A stretch of 58,701 nucleotides of DNA, filler included, from Catajapyx aquilonaris (lineage: Eukaryota), in assembly GCA_000934665.2 (NCBI GenBank). It is 4 parts of 4 records of this genome, joined end to end, with 100 filler letters (N's around TTAATTAATTAA, not from the genome) between each part and the next. Parts side by side here need not be neighbours in the genome. Positions count along the whole stretch, not along the records: positions 1 to 14,548 come from KZ539727.1; positions 14,649 to 29,299 come from JYFJ02007738.1; 2 more parts are not named here. The stretch is one strand, 5' to 3'. Positions 12,011-21,965 of the stretch are shown here, piece by piece (within the stretch, counting starts at the first letter, position 1; each line of letters begins with the position of its first letter). Below the pieces are notes generated by a model. The model did no database searches. It was given only the letters and a program-made list of their open reading frames with translations, and had not been told where the DNA came from. The position numbers and the translations under genes were made by a program.

Positions 12011-12370
12011 TCTGGAACATGGTCTTAAAGGTCTGGGCACTCACCTCCTATCGCCTTTGATGGGCTGATGGGGTGGTTTGTGGGAGGTGGCTGCGAGAGT
12101 GCTTGTCTTCAGGCACGAGACCTGTGGCGACCCTACCGGACTCCTCCGAATCATAGAGTGCCATAGAGTAAACACCACTACACCCTTCAGTGAGCGCTCA
12201 TGGAGCTCCTCTTCTACATAAGTTTGGAGGAGTCCGGAAGGGTTGCCTCAGGTCTCGTGCCTGAAGACCAGCACTCTTACGGCCACCTGCCGCAAACCAC
12301 CCCATCAGCCCCCCCAAAGGCGATAGGAGGAGAATGACCAGACCTCACTATTCTAAGGCCATGGTCCGGA
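12011..12370. mobile_element. MITE with ~140-bp TIRs
   Basis: GTCTTCAGGCACGAGACCTG / CAGGTCTCGTGCCTGAAGAC and CTCCTATCGCCTTTG / CAAAGGCGATAGGAG. Confidence 0.75.
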
Positions 12371-12753
12371 ATAATACTGTGCTGATAGTACATGCATGGA
12401 TTTCTATAAGTGAGGTGGTGGCCTCCAAAAGCAGCTATCTTTGACAAATCCCATTCTGAGAAAATGCCACCTTTTAAGTTACTAGCTGTGTATCCAAAAT
12501 TTGTTACTGTGATCATGCCATAATCAAGAGCCTAGGTACCTGTCATGATTGGCGGAATTTTAAAAATCAAGACTCCTTTTCTTTTTGACCTAGAGCCTGA
12601 TTAAGATTTGAAGATTGCCGACTTTGGCTTTTCAGACGTCACTCGGCCTGGAACCAACGTTCCAGGCCGAGTGATGTCAGAAAAGTAGTCCCACAAACAT
12701 TTTTACCTGGGCACTGTTTCCCAGCTTGCAGATAAGTCTTATTCTAAGATGTA

Positions 12754-13714
12754 CAGAGGTTGGACAAAATAACGGGGCCCCTGCAAAAAGAAGGTGAATT
12801 TTCTCCTCCATTGTACTCGAAAACTTGAAAGTTACAGAGATGACTTGCGCTCATTTTTGAAGCTCTGTCGATGTGCATTTACAGACAGAAAGATGACGCA
12901 AATATCCCAAGAGGAGGAGGAGGAGAAACAAAAGGCTAACGACACCCCCCCCCCCCCCGCCCCCATTTTTGACCAGTGTGTCCCACCCATTTCATTTGAA
13001 AATGAAAATAGTTACATATATGAGCTTCACTGGAATTTGAAGCCCCATCGATGTCACTGTGTGGTATAGAGAGGAACCAAAATTACCAACAGGGGGCGGG
13101 GGAAAAAACAGGGGGCGGGGGAAAAAACAGGGGGCAGGGGAGAAACCTCACCCCCATTCCCTGGCACTATTTGAATGCAAACAATGAGAAATTTTCGTCC
13201 CACTGCTAGTTAATGCTAACTTATCAGTACCAGTGCCAAATATGGTACTACTAAGTTGGTATAGTAACTAGCAGTGGGACGAAAATTCGACCCAAACTTA
13301 CTATACATTATTTTGTCCAACCTCTTCTCAGATTTAGTGCCGGGGAAGGGGGGTGTCGTTTCAATTTTTCCCCCGCCCCCTGCCGGTAATTTTGGTCTAT
13401 CTTTATACGACACAAAGTGACATTGATAGAGCTTCAAAATCCAGTAAAGTTAATATCTGTAACTATTTTCATTTTCAAATGAAAAGGGTGGGACACTCTG
13501 GTCAAAAATGGGGTCTGGGGGGGAGGGGGTGTCGTAAGTCTTGTTTCTCCCCCCCTCTTGGGATTTTTGTCATCTTCATGTCCGTAAATGTACATTGACA
13601 GACCTTCAAAAATCAGTAAAAGCTATCTCTGTAACTTTCCCAGTTTTCGAAACCAATTGAGGGGAACATGCACCCGCTTTTTGCAGGGGGCCCCATTATT
13701 TTGTCCTACCACTG
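12754..13714. mobile_element. Tc1-like MITE with long diverged TIRs
   Basis: ta|CAGAGGTTGGACAAAATAA...TTATTTTGTCCTACCACTG|ta; arms remain complementary for ~400 bp. Confidence 0.8.
13188..13293. mobile_element. ~110-bp hairpin MITE nested in the Tc1-like element
   Basis: AATTTTCGTCCCACTGCTAGTTA / TAACTAGCAGTGGGACGAAAATT; same family as 46260-46372. Confidence 0.75.
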
Positions 13715-14364
13715 TATGTTCCCCATCCTGTGTACTAATTTTATGAGGTAATTTTTAAAACCACATCATGATTTACGCGAATAGAATGCAAACAGAAGTG
13801 ACTGCATGCTTCCACGAGTCGTAGCAGTACTCTTCGGAACTCTTTTACAATCACTAGTTGCCAGAAGCTGGAACATTACTAATATTCATATCTGTTCTGT
13901 ACTAATAGACAAACCAATTACGATGCAAGAGTTTGAGTAGTTACAGCTGACATGGACTGGGGGATGGGTATTCTCTCTCTGGAACTCATATTTTAAAATA
14001 ACCCATGAAATAAATTTGAAAAATGTAATGTCATATGGTAGCTTGGAAATGATGTCACCGACCCTCACACTATTGGCTAGCCAGGGAGGTATGGTCCTTT
14101 AACCAGCATGCAAGTGGCTAAGGCGAAAAGGGGGCGGGGTTCGAAGTTCAAGGTCAAATAACTAATATTTGATGAAAATGTGAAAATATTACATCTCCAG
14201 CTAAGAAACCTGGATTTGAAAAGAGTGACTTTTCAATATTTCTTAACTTTAAATGGTCACAGAATGGGCAAGGAGAGCACTGGATAATCTTTTAGAAAGT
14301 CTCTCATCTAGCAACGACAAAATGCTCACTTTTTCATGTAGCTTATATGGCACTGAAAGTAATA

Positions 14365-14548
14365 CAGGGTGTTTATTGTAACTCTGCAAAGACTTTCAGG
14401 GGTAATAGAGGAGACCAAGACAAGAATTTTTGACATAGGAACCCGTGTCCAGAAACGCCATCCAGAGGGGGTTCATAGACAAGGAACGGGTGCGCTCAGA
14501 CGCGTCACGCGGGAGGTGCCAGGTGAGCGGACTGTTTTGTTGATAGAT
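14365..14548. mobile_element. Left end of a mariner-type element, cut by the linker
   Basis: ta|CAGGGTGTTTA...; highly similar to 28940 onward. Confidence 0.75.
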
Positions 14549-14648
14549 NNNNNNNNNNNNNNNNNNNNNNNNNNNNNNNNNNNNNNNNNNNNTTAATTAA
14601 TTAANNNNNNNNNNNNNNNNNNNNNNNNNNNNNNNNNNNNNNNNNNNN
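14549..14648. other. Artificial joining linker
   Basis: 44 N + TTAATTAATTAA (stop codon in all six frames) + 44 N. Confidence 0.95.
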
Positions 14649-14886
14649 TTTCTTTGCACCATTGATAAGAGGACACAAAACTGCGCAACATATGTTTTTT
14701 TCATAAAATTCTCATTGAGTGACTCTAGCTTCATTTCCACCTTAAGTAAACTGTTGAATTACATATTGTAATATTCACAGAATTGATGGTGGTGACTTTT
14801 GGGTGCAAGTCCAACTGCTGCAGAATTCTCAATAACATAAAGGGGCCTTCAGCGGGAACTCCCACTTTTTAAATACCGGTAGGTCT

Positions 14887-15143
14887 CAACCGAAGCAAGT
14901 TGGTGTGGTGGTTAAGGAGCCCGACTGCTAATCGGGAGGTCCTGGGTTCGAATCCCGGGGCCGGCAACCCTGACCGTGGTTTTCTGTGGTTTTCCACGGT
15001 CCCCCCAGGATAATTCCGGGGTCGCTTCCGTATAATAGGCCACAGCCGTCTCCTTCCTTCCCTATCCTTGGCCTCATCCAATGGTGGTACTCCACTCCCC
15101 TAATGGAGCGCCGATTCTCCCAATGGGGTACAAATAAATAAAT
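14887..15143 (+). mobile_element. tRNA-derived SINE, head B (Ser-GCT-like anticodon arm)
   Basis: TGGTGTGGTGGTTAAGG, CCCGACTGCTAATCGGG, GGTTCGAATCCC, (AAAT)n tail. 15-bp TSD aatacc(g/t)gtaggtct at 14872-14886 and 15144-15158. Confidence 0.85.
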
Positions 15144-15909
15144 AATACCTGTAGGTCTTACGATCGACTTAAGTTAATTAGTAAATGGTAACGTAACTAT
15201 ATTATGTAAATGAAAGTGTAAGAATGGGAGACTGACTTACCATCACATTACGTGCTTCGAGACACAATATATTTCTCTAGTTTTCACCATGTCTTCTGCC
15301 ACATGTTTATCGGATAACACGGTCCACGAAGAAGTATGTTGTTCATGAGTGCCATTGACTTATTGTGGTGCTATTTAACCCTGGAGCCGTGCCGTGCCTA
15401 CGAGTATTACGGCAACCGTGCCCTGGGGTCTTTTCGGACCCCGCCATATTTTAATTTTTATTAATTATTATATAATACTTTCCGATGTATTGACTATGTA
15501 CAATTATTCTTTGAACAATGCCTAAAAGGATCGCCAATTCAAAAGAGACATGCACTCCCTGTTATATACTGTAAGCCATATCATTGGCCGAATTGGTCCA
15601 TGACGTAATGATCTGACGTCTGCATGGGATTTGACTGCCGCCAAATTCACTTGCGAGGCCAAGCTGGACAGAGCGCTAAACCTGCCTTTGCACAACAGGA
15701 CCTTTCCTCGTTTTCCTCCTGACCAACTCTCTTCTTTTTTGATGACTGTATCGAAACAACAAATCTTTCAAATTCATCAATATCTGTCCAATGTACATAA
15801 GCGTATGATACACTGTTACTGACAACCCACCTCTGATTAACTGTTCATAGTGTACTTTTTGTTTTTTATTTTCCCCTTTTTGCGTATTTTTTGCAAACCT
15901 GTGTGTGTG

Positions 15910-16171
15910 GTCAGACATTGCTATCCTTGTGAGGATATTTTTCGCAAGTTTCCTATCCTTGTGAGGACCGAAAACCTTACGAGGACTTTTTTCAGGCCCT
16001 CATAACGTACACAGTCCTCACAAGGATGGCGGAAAATCAAACCAAGACCTCCTTTTTTAGTGTGAAAAAATAGGTCACCAAAATTTCGTGTGTATTTTGT
16101 AGGTTAGGTTAGGTTAGTTTTAAATTTTTATTTTTGCCAGACCCTCACAAGGATAGCACTTTATAACATGG
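15910..16171. mobile_element. Inverted-repeat element embedded in (TG)n
   Basis: TGCTATCCTTGTGAGG (15919) / CCTCACAAGGATAGCA (16143), each core motif repeated internally. Short (TTAGG)n tract. TG repeats on both sides. Confidence 0.65.
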
Positions 16172-16192
16172 GTGTGTGTGTGTGTGTGTGTG

Positions 16193-16545
16193 ATCAGGTC
16201 TTGACTAAGGTCTGGGGACGGAAGTCTGTGGTTTTACTGTAGCTGTGGGGACCAGTTCCAATTGTGGGGACATTTGTCGGTCCCCACAGTCTCACACACG
16301 CGAAGTGTACCATTACAGTGGGTACATGTGTAAATTAGTGGGGACATGTCCCCACTATTTTCATTTGTAGGTTTTCACAAAAGTCCATTTTTCTCAGCCT
16401 AGGTTACTTAGGGTAGGGTAGGTTAGGTAGGATAGGTTAGGTAAGGTTAGGTTAGGTTAGGTTGGGTTAGGTTAGGTTAGGTTAGATCAGTTTACACTCG
16501 CAGTGAAAAGTGATCAATGTCCGTCCCCACGCCTTAGTCAAGACA

Positions 16546-16548
<3 letters not shown>
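16193..16548. mobile_element. Inverted-repeat element embedded in (TG)n with long (TTAGG)n tract
   Basis: GTCTTGACTAAGGTCTGGGGACGG / CCGTCCCCACGCCTTAGTCAAGAC. Repeated GTGGGGAC. TTAGG-like tract ~16400-16484. (TG)n at 16172-16192 and 16549-16602. Confidence 0.7.
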
Positions 16549-16605
<57 letters not shown>

Positions 16606-17808
16606 CAAAAGGGCACACGGCCCTACGAACGGGGAAGGAAAATAATATATATATACTGTATATGGCTAATTCTGTTCTGTACTGTGCTGTTCTGTGCTCA
16701 TGGGAGTCCTGGCTTCGAACATGTCACATGAGAAAGACCTGTTGTGCAGGGTGTGCAGCAGCCAGTATTTCGCGAAATTAAGTCACGTACCGTATTAAAT
16801 CCGACAGACAGTTGCTGGACCTGATACGTCAATGTTCTGGAAGTTATAAAAAGAGAGCATATCGTGCCATTTTATAATATTTGTGATGAAAAATTAGCCA
16901 AATGTAATTGCTGGGAAGGGAGAACAAACATGGCTGCCAAAGCAAGGGTACAACAGAACATGACAAAAACACTGACTACAACTCCAAAGAAATAACATCG
17001 GAGCTTAACTCGGATGCATATTTCTTTCCGATAAGGCACGCTTGATAGATTCAGAGAATTGCATAACTTGTTACAGTTGAATCCGGTTGTAACAGACTCG
17101 AAAGGCCTATGCCCCAGCATTCTATAAGGCGCTGCGCTGTGTATTTTTACTCCTGACATACAGTAGCGGACTCATTTTCATCTCACGTCGGCTTAGACCA
17201 TTTTCTTGGCCCCTCGATAGAAAAATACGCTGCTTTTGATTACTCAGCTTCCTTTCTCACGGGCAGGAAGGCAGCGAATACTGCAGCAGGGATGATTTTC
17301 GCATGTCACTGATTTAAGCTTCCTACTCGCAAGTTTTGCACCCCAAGGTTGCGGCACACGTGTCCTCTGTTCAGAAAATTATGAATTTTTCGTCCTGGCT
17401 AATATTTGTGTGAGCTAATTTTGCATTTTTGTGGATAGTTTCATTAATTAGTAGTATGCATTATAGGCACATTGAAAGCAGAAAACTTTGAATATTAGTG
17501 TGGTTGCCGAACACTATTCCGAGAAAATGCCACTTTTGTAGATTCGATTTGTATATGGCTGTAAATGGGATTTCCAGATTTCGTCCTCTTGATATGGCCT
17601 TAAAAAACTCATTTCGATCTGTCTCTTTGGCTCATTAAGTGCGACTTTACTTGAAGATTTTAATGGTGACGTTAACAAAAAACACACACAAAAATGGAAG
17701 ATAGACGCTGTTGGCGGCCACCTCCGCAAATATCCTTATGGGGAGCCTTGGGAGCCCGTTCGTAAGTACGTGTCGCAGTAAGTCACACTGCAATGAGTAC
17801 TGCAGGAA

Positions 17809-17811
<3 letters not shown>

Positions 17812-17856
<45 letters not shown>

Positions 17857-18192
17857 GGTAGTGCGGACCTCTTTCGAGGTATTACACGAACCTTTATTTA
17901 TTTTGCAATTTTACATATTGTTTCGTCGCGACGCCCTGGTCCACGGGCATGTTGGGAAGGGGAGGTTCCCAAGGGAGGGCGCTCTTATATAGTTTCCAGT
18001 CATTGCAGACCCTCTTACACACCAGACCCTTTCTCTTGGCCCTGGGCAGAGAAGGGAGTTCACTTCTGCCCCGGCATGTCGGGTGAAAAGTGGAAAATGA
18101 CCCGGCCAAGCAGAGGTGACGGGGACGGGATTTGAACCCCGGCCTCCCGCTTGGCTGGCCAGTGGCGTAACCACCAGACCACCATGCCTCCC
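17812..18192 (-). mobile_element. tRNA-derived SINE, head C, (ATT)n-type tail
   Basis: Minus strand GGGAGGCATGGTGGTCTGGTGG...GGTTCAAATCCC, tail GCACTACCC(ATT)n. 18-bp TSD tgagt(a/g)ctgcaggaagta at 17794-17811 and 18193-18210. Confidence 0.9.
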
Positions 18193-18257
18193 TGAGTGCT
18201 GCAGGAAGTATTGCCCATGACCACGTTTTCTTTTGCGATTGTTTGGACAGTTTAGAC

Positions 18258-18853
18258 CAGTGGTTTCCAACCAGTTTCCAACCTTTTACCAACTGCGACC
18301 CCCTAAACAGCATGTTTCCGTAAATGTGCGTCTCCCCCCCCCCTTCCCCCCTTCCCCGGGCCCTCTTGCAACTGCCCCCTTTCCAGAAAACACACCGCAA
18401 TTTTTTTTTTTTTTTGCATTACCCCATATCTATTGCGCATATATGGGGGGTGGATTACCACCATCGGTTTTTTTTTTTTTTTTGAGCGTGTTAAGAAGGA
18501 TCTTATTATTATGCTCCAAGGTTGTTAGGAGGGGATGTGCAAAGTGCGTGTGCGCTGTCGAGTAGTGGTCATTTTGTGAACTCCCCCGGGTGGCTTAGTC
18601 TATCGGAAATTGCCACCCGAAACGAAGCCAGAGATGGCCCAACTCTGCACGAAAGAAGGTGGAAACCCCGGGTGGGGATTGAACCCGGGACCTTCACTTC
18701 CGTGGGCGCGCGCGTTACCGCGGCGCCACTCCGTCTCCCTACACACCGCAAAAATGGTTCAATTGACACGGAAATTGCAAAAAAAGAAAAAAAAAAGAAG
18801 TAAGGCTCGCGACCCTTTCCGCGAGCCCCCGCCCCGGTTGGACACCACTGCTG
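18258..18853. mobile_element. hAT (Charlie-like) MITE interrupted by a SINE
   Basis: CAGTGGTTTCCAACC...GGTTGGACACCACTG. 8-bp TSD gtttaga(c/t). The left end recurs at 43112. Confidence 0.75.
18401..18740 (-). mobile_element. tRNA-derived SINE, head A, poly(A)-type tail with an extra internal A run
   Basis: Reverse complement of head A. 11-bp TSD acacaccgcaa at 18390-18400 and 18741-18751. Confidence 0.85.
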
Positions 18854-19051
18854 GTTTAGATCCTTGAAAAGCCCGGGTTTGCTGCTGCAGCTCGAATTTT
18901 TCTCTCGTTCGTTTGTGGCAAACGCAGTTGTCGGTATTACCCCCATTGTCCCCACCTACCCTACCTTGCAGCTGAAGCGTATGTGTCTGGACACTGGAGG
19001 GGCGGGGAGAACTTCCCCCCTAAAGAGCCGATGGCTGATAACGGGATATGA

Positions 19052-19095
<44 letters not shown>

Positions 19096-19563
19096 CATCA
19101 TGCCAACTGTCATTGGTTGTAAACTACGGAAGGTACGAAGTTTCTCGGAAAGTCAAAATTCTGCCATGAAGAAAGACCTTAGGAGACATGTTAAGATTTA
19201 AGTTTAGATTCAAATTAATAAACCCAGAATTCCTACAAATTTTGTCTTAGTAAGTAATATGACGTAACATTGATATCAATAAATTGTTCCCATTTTGCAT
19301 GAAATTACTCAATGGAGCCCCATTTTTAGTAATCCCGCACCCAGCCATTACAAAATAATGTTAGTAGGCTAACATCCGCCATACACCTGATAAAATCTCG
19401 ATGTACCTGAAAGTATCCGAAGGAGGGAAACAGGCTGTGACAGGCATTTTATCATAATGTTCCAGGTTATCCTAGAGAAAAAAGGCCACTGTACTACGGA
19501 CATGCCTCGGTGTCGCGGAAGTGGGGAAATACACTTTTCTCTCAATCATGTCAAAGTGATGTA

Positions 19564-20747
19564 CCGTCAAGCGGGGTTACTTAAGCCACTTTTCAATTTC
19601 AGACATCTGCCAATTCAAGAGCATTGACTTTAGAGATTAACTCATTGTTGTAAAACATGGGTCTACAGTTACGGTCGACGTATACATGGATGAAAGTTTC
19701 CTACAACATGTATGATAAAAAAAAAAAAGGGGGTGGCTTAAGTTACCCCCCTATATGGGGTAACTTAAGCCAGCAGGAAGAATTCAGTGTTTCGCTTATG
19801 TTAGACGATGACACGGTAACAAAGTCCGTTCACAGGGCGAAAATAAACATTTGCATATTGCTCCAGAAATTTATTGTTCTAAATTTCAGTTCATATAATG
19901 GAAAGTATGGCGGCCTCTCTTTATGCTCACCGGCTGTACAGAAGAAACAATATTTCTGATATGTGAACATACATTTCATCATCAACAATGCTCCCAAGTA
20001 GGCAACTACTAGGGCTGTGCGATATCCGAAAAAATATCGAATCGAAATCGATATATCGAAAATCGAAAAACCGACATCGAAAACCGACATCGCAAAATAT
20101 CGCAAACCGACATCGAACCGACATCGAAAAATATCGCAAATCGACATCGAACCGACATCGAAAAATATCGAAAACCGACATCGCGATATTCGATACATCG
20201 CACACGCCAAGCGTCGGATATCGATATTAGAAAAATATCGTATCGACAGGCGATGTATCGAAATATCGCACAGCCCTACTCCTAACCCCCAGAAGCTAAT
20301 CCCCCCACTTCCTGCCAGACTTAAAACTACATGGCCAGGTGGCCTATGTTACCCCCTACATGACGCAACAATTAATTTTTAAGTATATATTGACACCAAA
20401 ATGGAAATTTAAGCTATGCAGTATACCTACCTTAAAAGGACTGTTTCAGGTTATGTTTCATCATCTTTATAGCGAATTAAATTCAAACAGAAGATGTTGG
20501 CGATGAAAGTTACGTAGGGTATAAATTTATGATGCAATTATCCTAAACATAATTAAGATTTTACAAAGTTACCTATGACACAAACACAATATTCAAATAT
20601 GCAGTCCAAAACTGCACTTAAATATGGAACTTGTGTCATAAAAAATAACATTTCAACTCAAAACGGTGTTGCCAAAATCAGTGTCCGAAATTTACGCAGC
20701 AAAATGGCTTAAGTTACCCACCCGGCCTAAGTAACCCCGCTTGACGG
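19564..20747. mobile_element. pogo/Tigger-like non-autonomous element
   Basis: ta|CCGTCAAGCGGGGTTACTTA...TAAGTAACCCCGCTTGACGG|ta, perfect 20-bp TIR. Internal GGCTTAAGTTACCC repeats. Confidence 0.85.
20010..20278. mobile_element. hAT-like MITE made of CGA-rich tandem motifs, nested
   Basis: TAGGGCTGTGCGATAT...ATATCGCACAGCCCTA perfect TIR. Interior of (ACCGACATCG/AAATATCG)n. No clean TSD. Confidence 0.8.
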
Positions 20748-21123
20748 TACTGTACGTAGTAGGCTACATACTGAAATAAAGGCATAACTTACTATTTATC
20801 CATTTAAACATATGTTGAATATTAATGCAATACAAGGTACGTATATTTTATTACAAGAGAGCATTGCGACTGTTAAAACAATGAAATAATCAGCAATTAA
20901 GTTTGAAGAACATTGTAATGACCATATATACAAAAATTGACTTTTATGACACATGATGACATTTGCTTTCATATATGGGTAGGCTATAACCAACTCTCTG
21001 CAGGATGGTACCGAACAGTGTATGTAGTTGGCATTCTAAGAATAGTGAGAGCATAATACGGTATGTGATTGATTACTGACGCTCCACTCCATCATATGCA
21101 TTCACATTGGTAGATCCTGGAGT

Positions 21124-21811
21124 GCTTTTTTACGCTACCCCGTGATAGGGCCAGAGGCCCTTTTAGTGGGGGTGTAATACCACCATATTGGGGGAGGTGT
21201 GGTGGCCGATATTGTAACGTCTCGGCTTGCTGAGTGAAAGGCCCCAGGTTCGATCCCCGCCTGGGGAACTTCCTTTCACCTGCGTCGGGAGGGTCTCTGA
21301 CCTGCACCAAGGAGGTGTCTGGCAACCTAACCTCCTGGGGGACTGCACATGGCCCAAAAGCCATAGGACAATGCACCTGCACAAGTGTCCCCTCCCCAAC
21401 AATCCCTTTCCCTACCCTATATCCTGAACCAGCCCTTGCACGGAGATTGAAGAAAAAACAGAAAATTGATGGAGGTATGCCACCCCCCTTAACGAGCCGA
21501 AGGCTCGAGCACGGGGTATCAATAAAAAAAACACCATATTTCCTACAATTTTCTCTAATTTTTCTTCTAACTCCGGTGCAAGGGTGAAAGGACGATTTTA
21601 TGGGAGGGAACATTAGGGGTGCAAGTGCAATATCTGATAAGGGGCCATGTGCTGTTCCCCAGGAGGTCAGGTTGCCAGACACCTCCAAGGCGCGGGTAAG
21701 AGACCCTCCCGACGCAGGTGAAAGGGAGCTCCCAGGCGCGGCGGGGGGATCGAACCTGGGACCTTTCACTCAGCAAGCCAAGACGTTACCATGTCGGCCA
21801 CCACACCTCCC
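21124..21811 (-). mobile_element. tRNA-derived SINE, head D, outer copy
   Basis: Minus-strand head GGGAGGTGTGGTGGCCGAC...GGTTCGATCCC, tail ATCACGGGGTAGCGTAAAAAA. TSD tagatcctggagt at 21111-21123 and 21816-21828. Confidence 0.85.
21190..21531 (+). mobile_element. tRNA-derived SINE, head D, inner copy in opposite orientation
   Basis: Same head on the plus strand, tail ACGGGGTATCAATAAAAAAA. 9-bp TSD caccatatt at 21181-21189 and 21532-21540. Confidence 0.85.
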
Positions 21812-21965
21812 TTGATAGATCCTGGAGTTTACTGGAAAGTGGAGTGTACACTGCATGCGCGATTGGAACGATTTAGCCATTGTTGGAGTTGTCAACTTAG
21901 GCAATGAACAGTATGCAGTACTACTCATATAATTTAATGGCATTTGTTTGGTATTAACAATAAAA

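Noticed and set aside
15240..15370. Possible minus-strand exon ending in a GTAAGT donor
   Set aside because: No recognisable protein, stops in the frames checked, and it is not ANT sequence.
15375..15445. TTAA|CCC piggyBac-like left end
   Set aside because: No matching right end was found in this piece.
16400..16484. True telomere
   Set aside because: Short, degenerate, and internal to an inverted-repeat element.
21092..21769. 225-aa ORF
   Set aside because: Lies almost wholly across two nested SINEs.
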